Shown here: positions 10,945 to 23,650 of the stretch, piece by piece | Layout of the letters: each line of letters opens with the position of its first letter | Numbering within the stretch: position 1 is the stretch's first letter | Notes under the pieces: model-generated | What the model was told of the DNA's origin: nothing | Seen by the model: only the letters and a program-made list of their open reading frames with translations | Databases searched by the model: none | Assembly (NCBI GenBank): GCA_028534125.1 | Contig: CM052818.1 | Coordinates: 31,250,001 to 31,314,000 of the forward strand | Origin: Lama glama | Lineage: Eukaryota | DNA length: 64,000 nt | Reading direction: 5' to 3' | Program-made: the position numbers and the translations under genes

Positions 10945-13900
10945 TAAACTGTTTAATTCTCTCCACTTTATTCTGGGATCGGTACTACAGAGACGCGACT
11001 CGCAAACATACCAGTGGACACCGAAAGCTAAGGCCGTTCCGTGAGTTATTTTTAAAACTTAGTGCTTTGTACATAATGATCTTTTAAAAAATGAATTACC
11101 CAAACCAAGACTCTCTTCTGAAATAAGAATTTAAGGTCGGCACAAGACAACTTTAGGGCCGTATCTAATCTGAAGCTCGCCAGGTGACAAGACCGTTTTA
11201 GTTTCCTACAGCATGAGGAACAGCTCTGAGGCAACCGCCGCGGCAGCAGCAGGCTCCCTTCCCCATGTCATCACAACGTAGGGTTTGCCACAGTGACCAG
11301 TGCTTTATGAGCCGTTTGTCTCCTAGCGAATAGCAAAAAGACTCTTTCACCTAAGAGACGCGTTGCACAATTCTTGGAACGAGAAAAAGAAAGGAACCCG
11401 TAACTAAGGCACTGAAAGCACATCATTTATATAAAGAAATGTAAACAACTTGATGCCAAGAGTCTCCCTCCATCAGTCTCTGTTATAAAAGTGCACGAGG
11501 GCATCGTGGTCGGGCCAGAGCTTGAAGTCCGGGTGAGACGGGGCCCCCTCCCTCCTGGGGAATTCGGTCTCGGCCACCACGGCCAACGTCTGCCGTGGGC
11601 TGTGGGGTAACCAACCCGCAGGGACACGAGTGGGAGCCGGGATCTCACCCTCACCCGTGCTCTAGCAGCACCGCAAACAAGGAAGGGTTTTATCAGGAGT
11701 TTTCAACAAAGGGTCCTAACTTTCATTTTTTTAGTCCCTTACCATGTGCTTCTGCTGAATTTTACAAGTACCTGGGCTTGTTCCATCACAGATGCAGGTG
11801 GAAAGACTTGTGACCTAATCGGCACCCTTCCCTGGAGGTTGCTATTTCGAGTATAATGGTTCATGTCCCATGTAAACCACACTGGTTTTATTTAAAATGT
11901 GTCCGAACCGTAAGATGTAACAATAGGACAGACAGCCCTGCAAACACGTCGAAGCCCATTGAGTTTGCTTTCAATGCACTGAAAGGGCGTTAAGTAGGAG
12001 GTGAGTGTTGATGCAGCCAGACAAGCAGTGGCTGCGAGTCCAGCGTGACTCAGGAGTCAAGTGGGAAGGTGGGGAGCGGACCACTCCCGGGGCCAATCAC
12101 AATACTGAAGCTGCATTAACCTCTGCTTGACACTTTCTTACCAATTTCTAGATTCCAAGTCATGAACTGTATATGTCTTTCATTTTTTTTGACTGAGAAG
12201 GAAAAGTTGTGTAGGAGACACAAATAATTACAATTTTAAAAGAAGCCTTACTGCAAACAAACAAACAAACCCAAATCCCACCCGCCAGCAAGTTTTTTCT
12301 TTTTGAAGTTATTATTTCTGATTTTTAGAGCAAATACAGTGTCTATATTTGCCAGTTTCAGGGCTTACGAATTCTGGGTAGGTAAAAGGAGTTTGCATTT
12401 AATCTTAAACATGTTTTTCACGATCAAAAGAAAACATGTTCTAAAAAGGAAAAAAAAAAAGTTCCCCTTTTACAGGTTTCAGAGGGTTAAAGAGGACACG
12501 CCATTAAAGGCAATTAGACCTTGAAGGAGGAGCCACAAGAAGTTGGAGGAAGGGCGGCTACACTACGAACACCTGCGCAGAAAACACAGCGCTTCCCTCT
12601 CACCCAGGACAAACACAATCCTGACTGTTAACTAGTTCTTGTTTCCAAATATAACCAAAAGAAGTCTGAGAGAAGCCTAAACTGGAAACTTCTTTTATTA
12701 AGGGGAAAAAAGGTTAAAAAGAAACCACCTTAAAAACAGCTAGGTTTGGAGCAGATGTGCGTAATTGCTAATTAGTAGCTCCTGGCAGGATTAAAAACAG
12801 CCGTGAAGGAGGAGTTAAATACAGGGTGGTGGGTTTCAGGAGAGGCACTAGTTAGTACTCTTCCCGGAACAGGGGTATGTCCACAGAGCACGGCCGCCCC
12901 TGGCTCCCTGAGAACCTGCTCTGGCGTCCTGCTCCCGGCGTGCCTGCCTCTCCCAGCGATGCCCGCGCCAGCTGTTGGCTGGAAGTCGCCGTCCATCAAA
13001 GACGAGATGTAATCAAGGAGAAGGCACTCAAGCCAAAAGAGGACACAAAGCAATAAATGGCTTTTGAGGCTGGTGCAAGGCCAAAGTAAGGTGTTTTTTT
13101 TTCTCTTTGCTTAACAGCTGAAAACTTTTAACTGCCCCCTATTTTCTGCTGCTCTGACCGGCACCCCCAGTACGACAAAAAAGCCTCCAGTGGGGTGAAG
13201 AAGTGACCACACATTTCTTTCGCCTGAAAAGGAGACTAGCGCTATTGGTTTGTTGGATTTTCCATTGACTCCAAATGACAAGAATATTTAGGCGCACAAT
13301 TGGTCGAAAGTGGGCTTAACTTTTACTCCCGAAGGAGGAAACCTGGGACTAAAAGAGAGACAGAGAGAGGGCGAGCTCTCACTGTCATTACAAAAGGATT
13401 CATTTTTGTGTGACCATTTTGGTTCTCAGAAAAATGTGTCAAGGCTACAGGGGTTGAATAATTTAGGCTAAACTGTGACTGTCCTGTCGGCAAGCGATCT
13501 TGTTGTTTTAAAGGCAGATGTTAGACACCCATGTGCATGTAGAAAATATAGTAACCTTCCTTTTTTGTGGCAGGTTTTAAAGAAATATTTCAACCAAGAC
13601 ACAACTTCAAGAGTTTGTGACGGCAATAACAACGTTTTTCTACACTTGCGTTTAAAAAGGTAAGTGACTTGATTTATATACCCTTTTTAATGCAAAAAGG
13701 CTACACCTGCTGACAAGCTGTAAAGAAACCAGCACTCAGCAGGTGAGGTTACGTGGAAGTGAAGAACTAAACGGTAGGAATTTCTAGCTTTAAAAATTCA
13801 GACTAAGGTTTCTAAGTGGTTGCTCCCTGAGACACGTCCAGGTCTTATTTTCAACGTGAGAAAAGGGCACTGGTGGTCTTCGGACGTCTGGTCATTGCAA

Positions 13901-14473
13901 GGCTAATGCCAAGATTTTATGAATGATGAAGGGCTTCCTACCAAGATGTCTGCTCAGGTTAAGAAGAAGGGGTTTCGTTTTCTGGCTTGATGGAGGGATG
14001 CGAGGGTTTGATCAGCAAAGAAGGTTGTGCGGGGCCCATGGCGAGGGAGGGAGCCAGGGGTAGGGGCCCTCGCCTCCGCAGTCGGTGCCAGTGCTGGATC
14101 TGGGCCGGCGCATAACAGCCCCAGCTCTGCCTCCTGAATGTGGGATTTGTGTGGAAGTAGGAGTTGGGCCTTTAAGAAAATCTCGGATGTATCTCGTCTG
14201 CTAACAGCCTGGTGATTGTTTAATAACATTCTGGCCCGAGTTATTTCACGGTGATCCCTTCCTGCTACAGTGTTGAAATTACATTCAGAGATTAAAAAGA
14301 AAAATTGTGTGTGTAGCAATATTTTTCCACAAAACTAAGTGCAAAATATCTTTAACAATGATGGTAGTAAGAAATATTTGACATAGTCATGCAAAAATGC
14401 ATCTCAGTTTACAAAGGCTTACTAAAACATTTCGAAAATATCCCCAGGTTTTTACACTCTGAGCTTGACAATC
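10945..14473 (-). other. LCLAT1: LCLAT1 3'UTR (~3.5 kb, inferred)
   Basis: A stretch with few recognisable repeats runs from the stop codon to the tandem AATAAA/ATTAAA and its downstream GU-rich element. The 3' end is approximate. Confidence 0.7.
10952..10972 (-). terminator. Distal polyadenylation signals of LCLAT1 (AATAAA 10972-10967 and ATTAAA 10957-10952)
   Basis: The minus strand reads AATAAAgtggagagaATTAAAcagtttacacgcgtgttgcttctgttttcc: two hexamers followed by a GU/U-rich element, with TGTA motifs upstream. Confidence 0.7.
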
Positions 14474-14976
14474 TTACGCATTTTTCTTTGCATTTGAATG
14501 TGACTGTTTGTGTAAAAAACGGTAACATGCAAGTTCCATGATTTCCAGTCCACCAAATAGTCTCTCCTGCAGCACGAAGATGACAATGATGATTATAAAA
14601 TACCACTGGACAAGACTGTACGAGTAGATGAGCAGGCACATTGCAGGGCTGAACAGGGTCCAGTACACTAGAGACAGCAGTTTGACCACGAGGACCCTGA
14701 GCTCAGACTTGCAAGGCGGGATTACAGTCTGTCCAGTAAAGTAAAAATTCCTCTCCCCCTGGTAGAAGGAGCGCAGCCTCTCTTCCTTCTCCTCCCACCG
14801 CCTGTGGCACCAGAGCTCCAGGTCCTCCTTGGACGTGGGGAGGGTGTCTATGGGGTAGCGGTGGACATGGAAGTGGATCTCCTTGGGGAAGTCCCCGTGG
14901 AGGAGGTGGCTCTCTGTCTGAGGAATGTTGTGGGGGTAGGCCACCGTGATGTCGTGGACAGCATCGAGGTTCTTAC
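14474..14976 (-). CDS. LCLAT1: Terminal coding exon of lysocardiolipin acyltransferase 1 (ALCAT1). Phase-1 exon of 503 nt including the TAA stop.
   Basis: The translation (G)KNLDAVHDITVAYPHNIPQTESHLLHGDFPKEIHFHVHRYPIDTLPTSKEDLELWCHRRWEEKEERLRSFYQG...ELACYRFLHKQSHSNAKKNA* matches the mammalian LCLAT1 C-terminus as I recall it. It contains the DITVAY motif, hydrophobic transmembrane segments and a C-terminal KKXX. The minus-strand acceptor is tctgtatttttatcttttccaaaacctAG (AG at 14978-14977). The ORF-track start at 14944 is an internal Val codon. Confidence 0.96.
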
Positions 14977-15539
14977 CTAGGTTTTGGAAAAGATAAAAAT
15001 ACAGACTGAGTAATGATCATCTGCGCAGCAATGCTGATTCACACTGCGAGGCAGGAAAAAATCAGGACACAGTGAACCAAGATGAACAAGCAAGGGCTAT
15101 AAATACTCGTGTTCCTGGGTGCTTGGGTCAATATTTACCAGTCATTTTTAGTTTTTTATCTGCTTGCTAATTACCACAAAGACCCTTGGAAAGGAATTGT
15201 CTTCATTCATAGAAAGAGTAATCTGCCATTCTAGAACTAAATGAATAAGCACATTAAGTCAGATTTGACACAGGAATTAGAGCACAGACGAGCTCTTTTA
15301 CACTAACAGGACTCACTGGAGCCCTCCAATGAATAAATATACCCTTCTTGCCAAATAAAAACTTTCTCACCTTTAACACAATATTACCATGAAAGCTACT
15401 GGAAAGAAAAACTTAGAATTAGACCTGATAAAGTGGTCGGACACATATGAGAACTTCCATGTGATTATTTTTAGAAACATCAATTTGAAGCCTGAGGAAG
15501 ACGCTGACCCGTTATACCATCATCCTTACAGATCTCATG

Positions 15540-16190
15540 GTTAATTACTTTGGGGTTAAGTGTTTTCAGCAAAGTCCCATTCTGGATGCTGGAGATAGAG
15601 AAGTGAATAAAACATGGTCCCTAACCTCTCTCAAGAGTTCACAGGAGAATCAGGGAGACAGGCACCTAACCAGAACAGGGAGGAAGGGAGGTAAAGGAAG
15701 GGGGAGGGAGCCGGCGGTGGGGGGAGCAGAGGGAGAGCGAAGCCACCAGGAGAGCTCGGAGGGCTGAGGGCACAAGTAGGCTGGAGGCCTTGGGTAAAGG
15801 GTAAAGGGTAAAGGCCCTCACGGTCAAACTCCAGAATCTGAACTCTGTAGGCGGTACAGAAGCACCTTAAATGGCAAAGAACCACTTAAGGATTTTAAAC
15901 AAAAGGGACCAGAGTATGTTTCATTTTAGCAAGGACTACCTTGGGGGCAGTAACAAGAATAGTTTGGAGAGGACCTGGGGCAAGAGAGGCCAGAAGAGTA
16001 ACTAGATGGTTATTACAAGGCAAGAAAGGAAAGAAATAAAGAGGAGGTAGGGACTAAAGGAAGTCGTGACATGTCCAAAAAGATGACAAGGAAAAAATGA
16101 TGTAGTAGAGCAGTCAACTGGAGAGGGTGGAATGAGCCCAGGTTCGTTTCTGGCTCATGGCTCTTGAATGGATGGCAGGGTCTTTGAGGT
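15540..16190 (-). mobile_element. L2 LINE 3' fragment
   Basis: ttctggatgctggagatagagaagtgaataaaacatggtccct...ggattttaaac...ttcattttagcaagga. Confidence 0.6.
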
Positions 16191-17959
16191 TAGAAAAGTA
16201 CGTGGAGGTGTGATCTTTAAGGAATCATAAGGATCACCTATCAAACTGTTACAAGGCCCAGAGAGGTTGAGTTTTTTGCCCAAGGGCACACAGCGTATTG
16301 GTGCGTAGTCTCTGAATGTTGCTTTATTCTGTATCACTTTATCTTTGGCGAAAGACTTTGATGTGAACTTTGATGCATTACAGAACCGAATGATGTAGGC
16401 AAAATGGATCTGTGGGGACGGATATCAGAACAGCTGTTGCCTGTAGGGGTGGGAACTGGTTGGAAGGCTACCTTTCCCATGAGGAAATTTTCTGGGTGGC
16501 AGGAACATTCTCTATCTTCATGAGGGTGTGGATTACATCTAATTGTACACTTAAGACCTGTGCATCTCCAAATTTCACCTCGATATTAATAACACGTATG
16601 AAGCAACGTCCCCACCTTACCTCACCTTGTTTACTCTTCCTGTTAGGTTGTACTCATTTTTAAAAAAAGACAGTTTAAGTCTTCTGTGTTTATTGTTGGT
16701 CTCCTGTATTCTGTGATTTCCTTTAGGGTAAAGACCACGTTTCAATTTGGTTTCAAAATTGTCTTATAAAGTACTCAGCCCTTAAAAAGAGCTATGTTAT
16801 AAAAAATGAGAATACTCATATCAGCAAGGTTTACATTTAAAACTGGAGGGACAGTCCTTTAGGGATGCTATAAACTTTGGACATGAGAGTGGAGGGGCCA
16901 TGACAGGCTGGCTCACAAGCACTTGTATCTGAAGGCCCAGAAGAGAGATGAGGCTGGGTCTGTGCGGCTGCAGAGGTGAGAACTGGGTCCAGTGGTTATA
17001 AGCCACAGGGAAAAAGCCTTTAACAGCTGTCAAGAGGTAACCTAGTCACCCTTTGCGAAAAGGCTGGTTGACCACTGCCTGGCATGCTGTGGTGGGAATT
17101 TACACACTGGAAGGCAGGCTGTCTGAGCAAGCATCAGACACTGGAACACTGAGCATGACACATCCATCAACTAAGACGGTAATATAACATGTCTTACTTG
17201 TTAACTCACCTGCATTCAAACTCAGCAACCTTTTGTCAGCTTAGCATTCATCATGACTAGCCTGCTCCATTAGAGATCACACTCTTCCTTGACGAGCTAG
17301 TTTGGCATTTTAGTGCACCCTCCACTGCAGACCTCAGAACCTGTTCGCGGATGCTCACAGACTGCACCCATAATCCTTGTTCAGCTGTTCACCTCAACTT
17401 CACCCTCCTGTTCGCCACTTCCTCTCTTAATGAAGGAAATGAGATGTCTTCACCTCTTGCCACTTGTGCCATTTAATCGCTGACTCAGAACCAAGCTCAC
17501 ATTTCATTTGCTTTTAAACCTCCTCTGCAGTCAACATTTCTGCTTCCACCTTCTGCCTACACCCATCTCCTCAGTCAGAGTTACTGGCCTCATCAGCCTC
17601 ACGGGACCACAGTTGGAGACAGGCTCCTTCCCCACGCAACGCCACCATCTGTCTTCCTGTCTGTCCAATCCCTCTGTTCCTCTTTCCGCAGCTTATCTTG
17701 AAGAGCTGCTCAGCTAGCCCAGCCTTCCTCCTGCAGGAGGTTCTTAATGCTCATCCAGCACACACAGCAGTGGATTGTTACAAATCAGCAGCAAAATCTT
17801 ACCATACTAGGAAGAAACTAAACTGCCCCTTTCTGCATTCTTCTTGACAAGGAAGGGGTGGTGTGTACACGCACGTGTGTGTGTGTGTCTGTTCAATATG
17901 TAAATAGCAAGTTTTGAGACAGAGATGTTCCTAAGTGAAAAATTCTAGATTGACTCCAT

Positions 17960-18185
17960 CCAGTGCAGAGCATGAGGGCTGTGCAAACAGACTGCCTGGG
18001 TTCAAATTCTAGCTCTGTTTCTTACTAAGTGAATGACTCCCTTAACCTCTTTGTGGCTTACTTAGTTCCTGCATCCATAAACTATCCCACAGGGTCGCTG
18101 TGAGGATTAAATGAGATAATATAAGTAAATTCACAAAACAAGATCTCTGATACATAAGTAAGTGCTCAATAGATGTTAGCTGCGG
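17960..18185 (+). mobile_element. MIR SINE, near full length
   Basis: cagactgcctgggttcaaattctagctctg...cacagggtcgctgtgaggattaaatgagataat...taagtgctcaatagatgttagct. Confidence 0.9.
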
Positions 18186-20904
18186 CTGTTCTTACTGTTA
18201 GGTGAGAACCTAACATGCTGATATGATTTAACTATCTAAGTTGAGCTTCTGTTAGTCCACAGATGCCAGCATGGTTAGTGGGGGAAATACTGCACTGAAA
18301 TATCCTCTCTGTCCCACTGCCCAGGGCACTACTCACCTGGGCCCTGAAGACACCAATTCCAGACCTTGTGTTTTCCACTCAAGACAAACATTCAAACTAT
18401 AATTTCACAAAATGGACAAGAACATTCCTCTGCCTTAAATATTTCACCTCTTTCCCTGAAATATTTTATCTTAACTCTCTTCAAAGACCAGCTTAGATCC
18501 TAAGGGTTCTAAGAAGAGTTTTCTGTAAGCATCCAGGCCGCGTGGCCCGGCCTCTGGTGAGTGCTGCAGGCACGTGTGCCGGTGTGCTCATCCGACACTC
18601 ACCTGCCGTCCTGGACCATGTAACCCAAAGCATCCCGGGAGCCATGAGTACCACAGGGGCAAGAACCATGTCCTTGCCTCTTCACCTTAGTACCTAGCAA
18701 CACCCTGCACTTAAAGAGGTTCCAGAAATGCTTATTTGACCAATATTTATGATGTACTATCTTCTCATCTAAAAATACAGGAGGGAAGTATCATGCCTTC
18801 TACATGGGGTTGTTATTACAATTCAGTGAACTAATGTACGTAAAGCTCTTTGCATAGTACCAGCAAACAAAAAGTTCTTAAGGTTAGCATCTACTACGAT
18901 TTCTACATTCAGTTAATGAGACTGACTTGCTCCACTGGGTTTTTTTCAACTTGGTTCCATGAATTCTTGGTTCTGAAAGGATTACAACAATCGTGGGCAG
19001 GGGTGTTGGTCATCACGTCCAAAAGGCAGTATTCCAAAAGTTTCTATTAAATTGCTTGTTTGGAATTTAGAAATTTGGAATGATAAAACTCAACATACTT
19101 AAAATACTACCTATTTTATACTTACAAACAAGAGCAATGTTGTAATGTTAGAAGATAAAGGCAGTAAAGTGAAAAAGGGAGAACTGGAGAGGAGAAGAAA
19201 CACAGCTTACACCTTGTCACTTGTTTCCCGGAGCTGGGTCCTTAACATCAGAGGCTCAGAAAGGCAAGAGGGGAAAATAGAGAAAGACTTTTACACCTGG
19301 CAGTGTCTTGATAGTTTTTAAGCTTTATAGTTAGCGAATGTCTCTAGACAACACAAAGCCACATACAACTCTTTACTGCTAATAGAAGAGCTTACTTTTC
19401 ACAGCATCCCATTGAGACCTCCTGGCCCTGAGGCCTCTAGCCCAGGGGAGCCCTTCCTGCCAGCCAAGCTGGCTTCCTCCCAGAAGGTACCAGGTTAGGG
19501 GCTGCCAGGCTTGCACGGCTTAGTTCATAAGTAAGTGAAAATAATGGAATGAATATTCAAAAGTTGAGATGTCCCTTCATTTCATTTACCAACTTATAAT
19601 AGGGCTAAAGTAATAATATAACAGATTAAGAAAAGATAAATTCCTGCAATTACAAAGTTATACTGTCTTAAAATTTTGTGGTATGAAAATAACAGACTTT
19701 TAAATATGCAAATTAAGATGGCTGTCATCAGTAAAAGCCATTTTTAAAAGACTGCATTTCTGCGCAGATAGTTTAAATTACAAATCTAGATGCTAACTAA
19801 CCACTTGTCATCTGCCTACAAGGGGCTTAGAGAAAATGAAGTCTGTTCTGCTTCGGATACTTCACTATTATTCTCTAAAGCTCCCCTTCTGTTAGAACAG
19901 CCACACTCACTTAGGCCCAGAGATATTTGTTCCCTGGAAGAACAGGAAAAGCACTTGCTTAATATTTCGGATCTTAATTTTTAGTCTCAGCCTAAGACTG
20001 AGGGAATTATTAACACTTTAGTTATGTTTAACCAACAGAAGTTTAAAAGACGTGACAAGTGTAACGTGCAGAAGGGAGCGTCGCCCAGCGATCAGGCTGA
20101 GTGCATGATTGTTAGGAGAGTCCTACTCCCTGTGAAAACCTCTCCCGGAATGGGGGAGAGCCAAGACTTCACACACACGGATGTTTAAGGTGAAACAACC
20201 AGGTGAAGAAATCCTGGTTTGCCCCGATCCAATTATATAGTTCAGTGGCAGAATACTAGAAATGCAAGCTCTTTCATTTCTTCTTAACACAAAGTGATCT
20301 TTTAAAGGAGTTGATAATGACTGAAATATCTTTTTTTCCCCATTCCATAATCAGTTGTATGCAGAATATGTAAAAGTGTAATTTATTTTGGATTCATTTT
20401 AACATCTGATTTTAAAAAATTACATTTAAGTTTATTTTCTATTAGCCAGATCTAAATCCATAAATCTAACTATATACATTAGGGAGTTTTAGATAAAGCA
20501 GCATGTCACCTAAGATGTGTCTGTGTTAAAGGAAAACGCTGAGGCCGCTGGTTTTGTGCACTATTCTTCAGATTGAAAAAAAAAATACCCCAAGAGAGTA
20601 AAAGTTGGATTTAGTAACTAAACATTCACTGTGCCACTTTGACGCTGACACTTAATAGTACATGGCTAATAATAAGCCTGACAAATTGGCACTGTCAGGA
20701 CACTTTGAAAGAACAGCTCTGACTGGACAGATTTGGATATATTTAGACTAAAAATAACAAGACACCTTTCAGCTTCAAAGTAACAGGACATGCATGAACC
20801 ACAAAATCAACTGGTATTAAGGCTCAAACAGTGCGTTTTTCTCTGTTAGAGGAAATATTACTGTTTCCTACTAGGTACATTATTTTTCCTTCTGTATAAG
20901 TTGG

Positions 20905-21070
20905 ATACTTATGGAACAGAAAATAGAGTCAGCCTGCTTCCGGCCCCGCCTCTTATCAGCTCTTTGACTGTGCGTGTTCACTATAAGCTTCATCTGTAAA
21001 CGTAGATTTAACAGTCCCTACCCTGTAGGGTTTTGTGAAGATCGCTTGCGAGAAGGAAATGCTTAAGAAG
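20905..21070 (+). mobile_element. MIR SINE fragment
   Basis: agagtcagcctg...ttcatctgtaaa...acagtccctaccctgtagggttttgtgaagat. Confidence 0.6.
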
Positions 21071-21699
21071 TGCATGGTCTGAGGGGTGTGCCTGGACTCT
21101 TGTTGGTGTTACTCTTCCAGGTGGGACGATCACCTGCGGCACCTGGAGGGAGGTTAGGTTTAGGCTGCTACCCTGACTTTCCTTCTCTGATTTCCTCTTC
21201 CTTTGGGACAGGTACCAAGTCGCTGCAGTGACACTGAGGTCTATGGTCTAACACGTTGTCCACCCTCTCCCTGATACAGAAGCAAAGCCTAAGTTCAGGG
21301 GATTGACCTTGGCTTAGGGGCAGGTCCCAGTTTATCTCCTAATACATATGCCCCTCCATCCCTACTAACTCATGCCTTAGACATTTTAAGCTAAGCACAG
21401 GTATTAAATCCTCGGCTGGCTTTCAGAATTAGAAGCTGATGATTTGTGCCTCCTGCCCCAACTTTTTTTTTTTTTTTTAAATAAGTCAAAGTTAGTGCCT
21501 ACTCTTTTTCAAAGAAAGAACCATCCTGGGCTTAAAGATCAACATTCAGCTGAAAGGTCAAACTAAAAATGGTATCCTTGTGAACAATCTTGCTTATCCA
21601 ACTCAAATTTGGCTCTTACATAATTTCAGGGACAAATATTTTCACATTCCTACCCTAACTCTGTTGAACTTTTTGTGTTTTGTGTAAATGCACGAATAT

Positions 21700-22860
21700 T
21701 TTCGGTTACAAGTATCTCTCTTCTGATGAGCGTTGGTTCTCTGGATCTTCAAAACAAGTTTCATTTTCCAGACAGAATAAAAACATGTTGACGTTTTCCA
21801 TAATTTGACAATATTGGAATAATAGATCAACAAAGGCAAGACCTGAATAACGGTATGAATCTGCTGAGGCCAGATACACACACACACTTGTAAAACATAT
21901 AGCCTTGAGAAAAGAGATCTATAAACTTTCAAAAATAGGACCGTACTGTACCCACTGTTTTATAACTTGTTTTTTTCATGTATTTCCCATTCATGTCATT
22001 AAAGATTTTCTAAAATACAATTTTATGGATGCACATTTGATTTTGTACATATTGTTATACATGTAATATAAATACACACACATTTAAAAAATTCTTTTGT
22101 TTTCAGATAGTTGTTTCCATATAACATTTAAATTGATACCTTTGTAACTAATAATAAGGATTTTCTAGGATAAATTCCAGTAAGTTGAACTGCTGGATCA
22201 AAGAATATGAACTCCTTAATAGGCCTTTGCTACGTACGGGAAACTGATCCTCCCCAGAAAGGTCAATTAAAAAAAAAAAGCAGTAAGTTATGCTGGTGCT
22301 TTCTTTCACCCACTTTTACTAATGCTTGGGACTGTAATTTTTAGAAAGTTGCCGAAGTGTGTCATTTTTGTTTTAATTAGTATGTCTTTGACCAGATAAA
22401 ACAAGTGCATTGGATATACACAATGGGAATATCCCTGTGTATTTTGAAAATTCAATTATTTGTCATCTCATGAATCTGTAGGCCTTTATATAGTAAAGAT
22501 ATTTACCCTCTATCACATGTGTTGTAAATCTTTTACATTAACTTCGTCATTTGGCCACTGGTGTTTCCCTGACCACTAGTGAGTTTATTTTGTTGGATTT
22601 GCTGCTGTGAATGCAGCTTCATGTCCTTTATCCAGTTCCTATGAGTTGTCTCTTTCTAGTCAGTTTGCAAAGCTCTTTCTCTATTGTAGATTATTAGTCC
22701 TCTGTCTGTATTCTTTGCTGCAAATATTTTTACAAATCCATTATCACTTATCTTTATTTATGAGCATCTTTCCAATACGTGTGTACACGGCATATGTGTG
22801 TCTATGTCTACACAAGTTCAGTGTTCATTTCTTTTTCTGTTAAAACTTTGGATTCCTATT
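21700..22860 (-). mobile_element. Highly decayed ancient L1ME-type fragments
   Basis: ggataaattccagtaagttgaactgctggatcaaagaatatg and other weak L1 antisense text. Confidence 0.45.
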
Positions 22861-23199
22861 TTTGTCTTCCCTGCCCCTAGACTGGTATATTTTATTTTTC
22901 AACAAAGTGAAAGACTCTTTAAAATTTAATCTTATAATCTAGCTTTTTTTCCCCTATTGAAAGAAAGTAACTTTCAATGTGAAAAACAAGAACAATAACA
23001 AAATATAATTTACGTTACTGTTGGATTAAACAAATTTGTTTAGATGTTCTAAAACCCCTGGACATCAATCAATACGGGATTAAAAGATGAGAAGTGTGGG
23101 CATCTGCAGACTCTGATTCGCTAGTCTTTGAATTAAGGTTGGAGACAACACATTGTGACTGTCCCCCTGCTCAGAGGTTAGGACTGAAGGTGACTAAAG

Positions 23200-23650
23200 A
23201 TGCTCTTGAGTATTACTAAGTAGTGCCTACTAAGTGCCAGGCATTCTTAATTCAGCAAGTTCTCTATTAAGCATGTACTTGCTATGTCAGACATAGCTGG
23301 GGTACACTGGTGAACACAAGGAAGATCCCCCAGGTGGAGCTTATCAGGACACAATCACTTTTAGATATTTAACCACCTGTGTGACAGTATCCCTCTTTTG
23401 CAGTTGTAGAAACTGAGGCAAAGAGAAGTTGTCACTTGCTGAACATCACAGTTAGCAATCAGTTGTCTCTGACTCCAGAGCCTTTCCACTATGCTGCTCT
23501 AAGAACTGCAGATTTAGAACAGGGACTATAGAGTCTGGCTGACCTGGTTTGTACCCAGGCACAGTGACTTATTAGCCATGTGACCTTGAGCAAGTTATTT
23601 AACCTCCGTGGGCCTCAGGCTCCCCATCTGCAGTCTGGGAATGACGCTCT
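23200..23650. mobile_element. Cluster of MIR/L2 fragments in both orientations
   Basis: gcctactaagtgccaggca; gtagaaactgaggcaaagagaag; tagccatgtgaccttgagcaagttatttaacctc. Confidence 0.65.

Noticed and set aside
14474..14944. ORF-track 156-aa protein as a stand-alone gene or processed pseudogene
   Set aside because: The start is an internal GTG. Homology continues to a canonical splice acceptor at 14977, so this is a spliced terminal exon.
17200..18610. Three perfect minus-strand CAG|GTGAGT donors (~17205, ~18331, ~18597)
   Set aside because: I could not pair them with convincing acceptors or coding frames, and such motifs are common in long introns.
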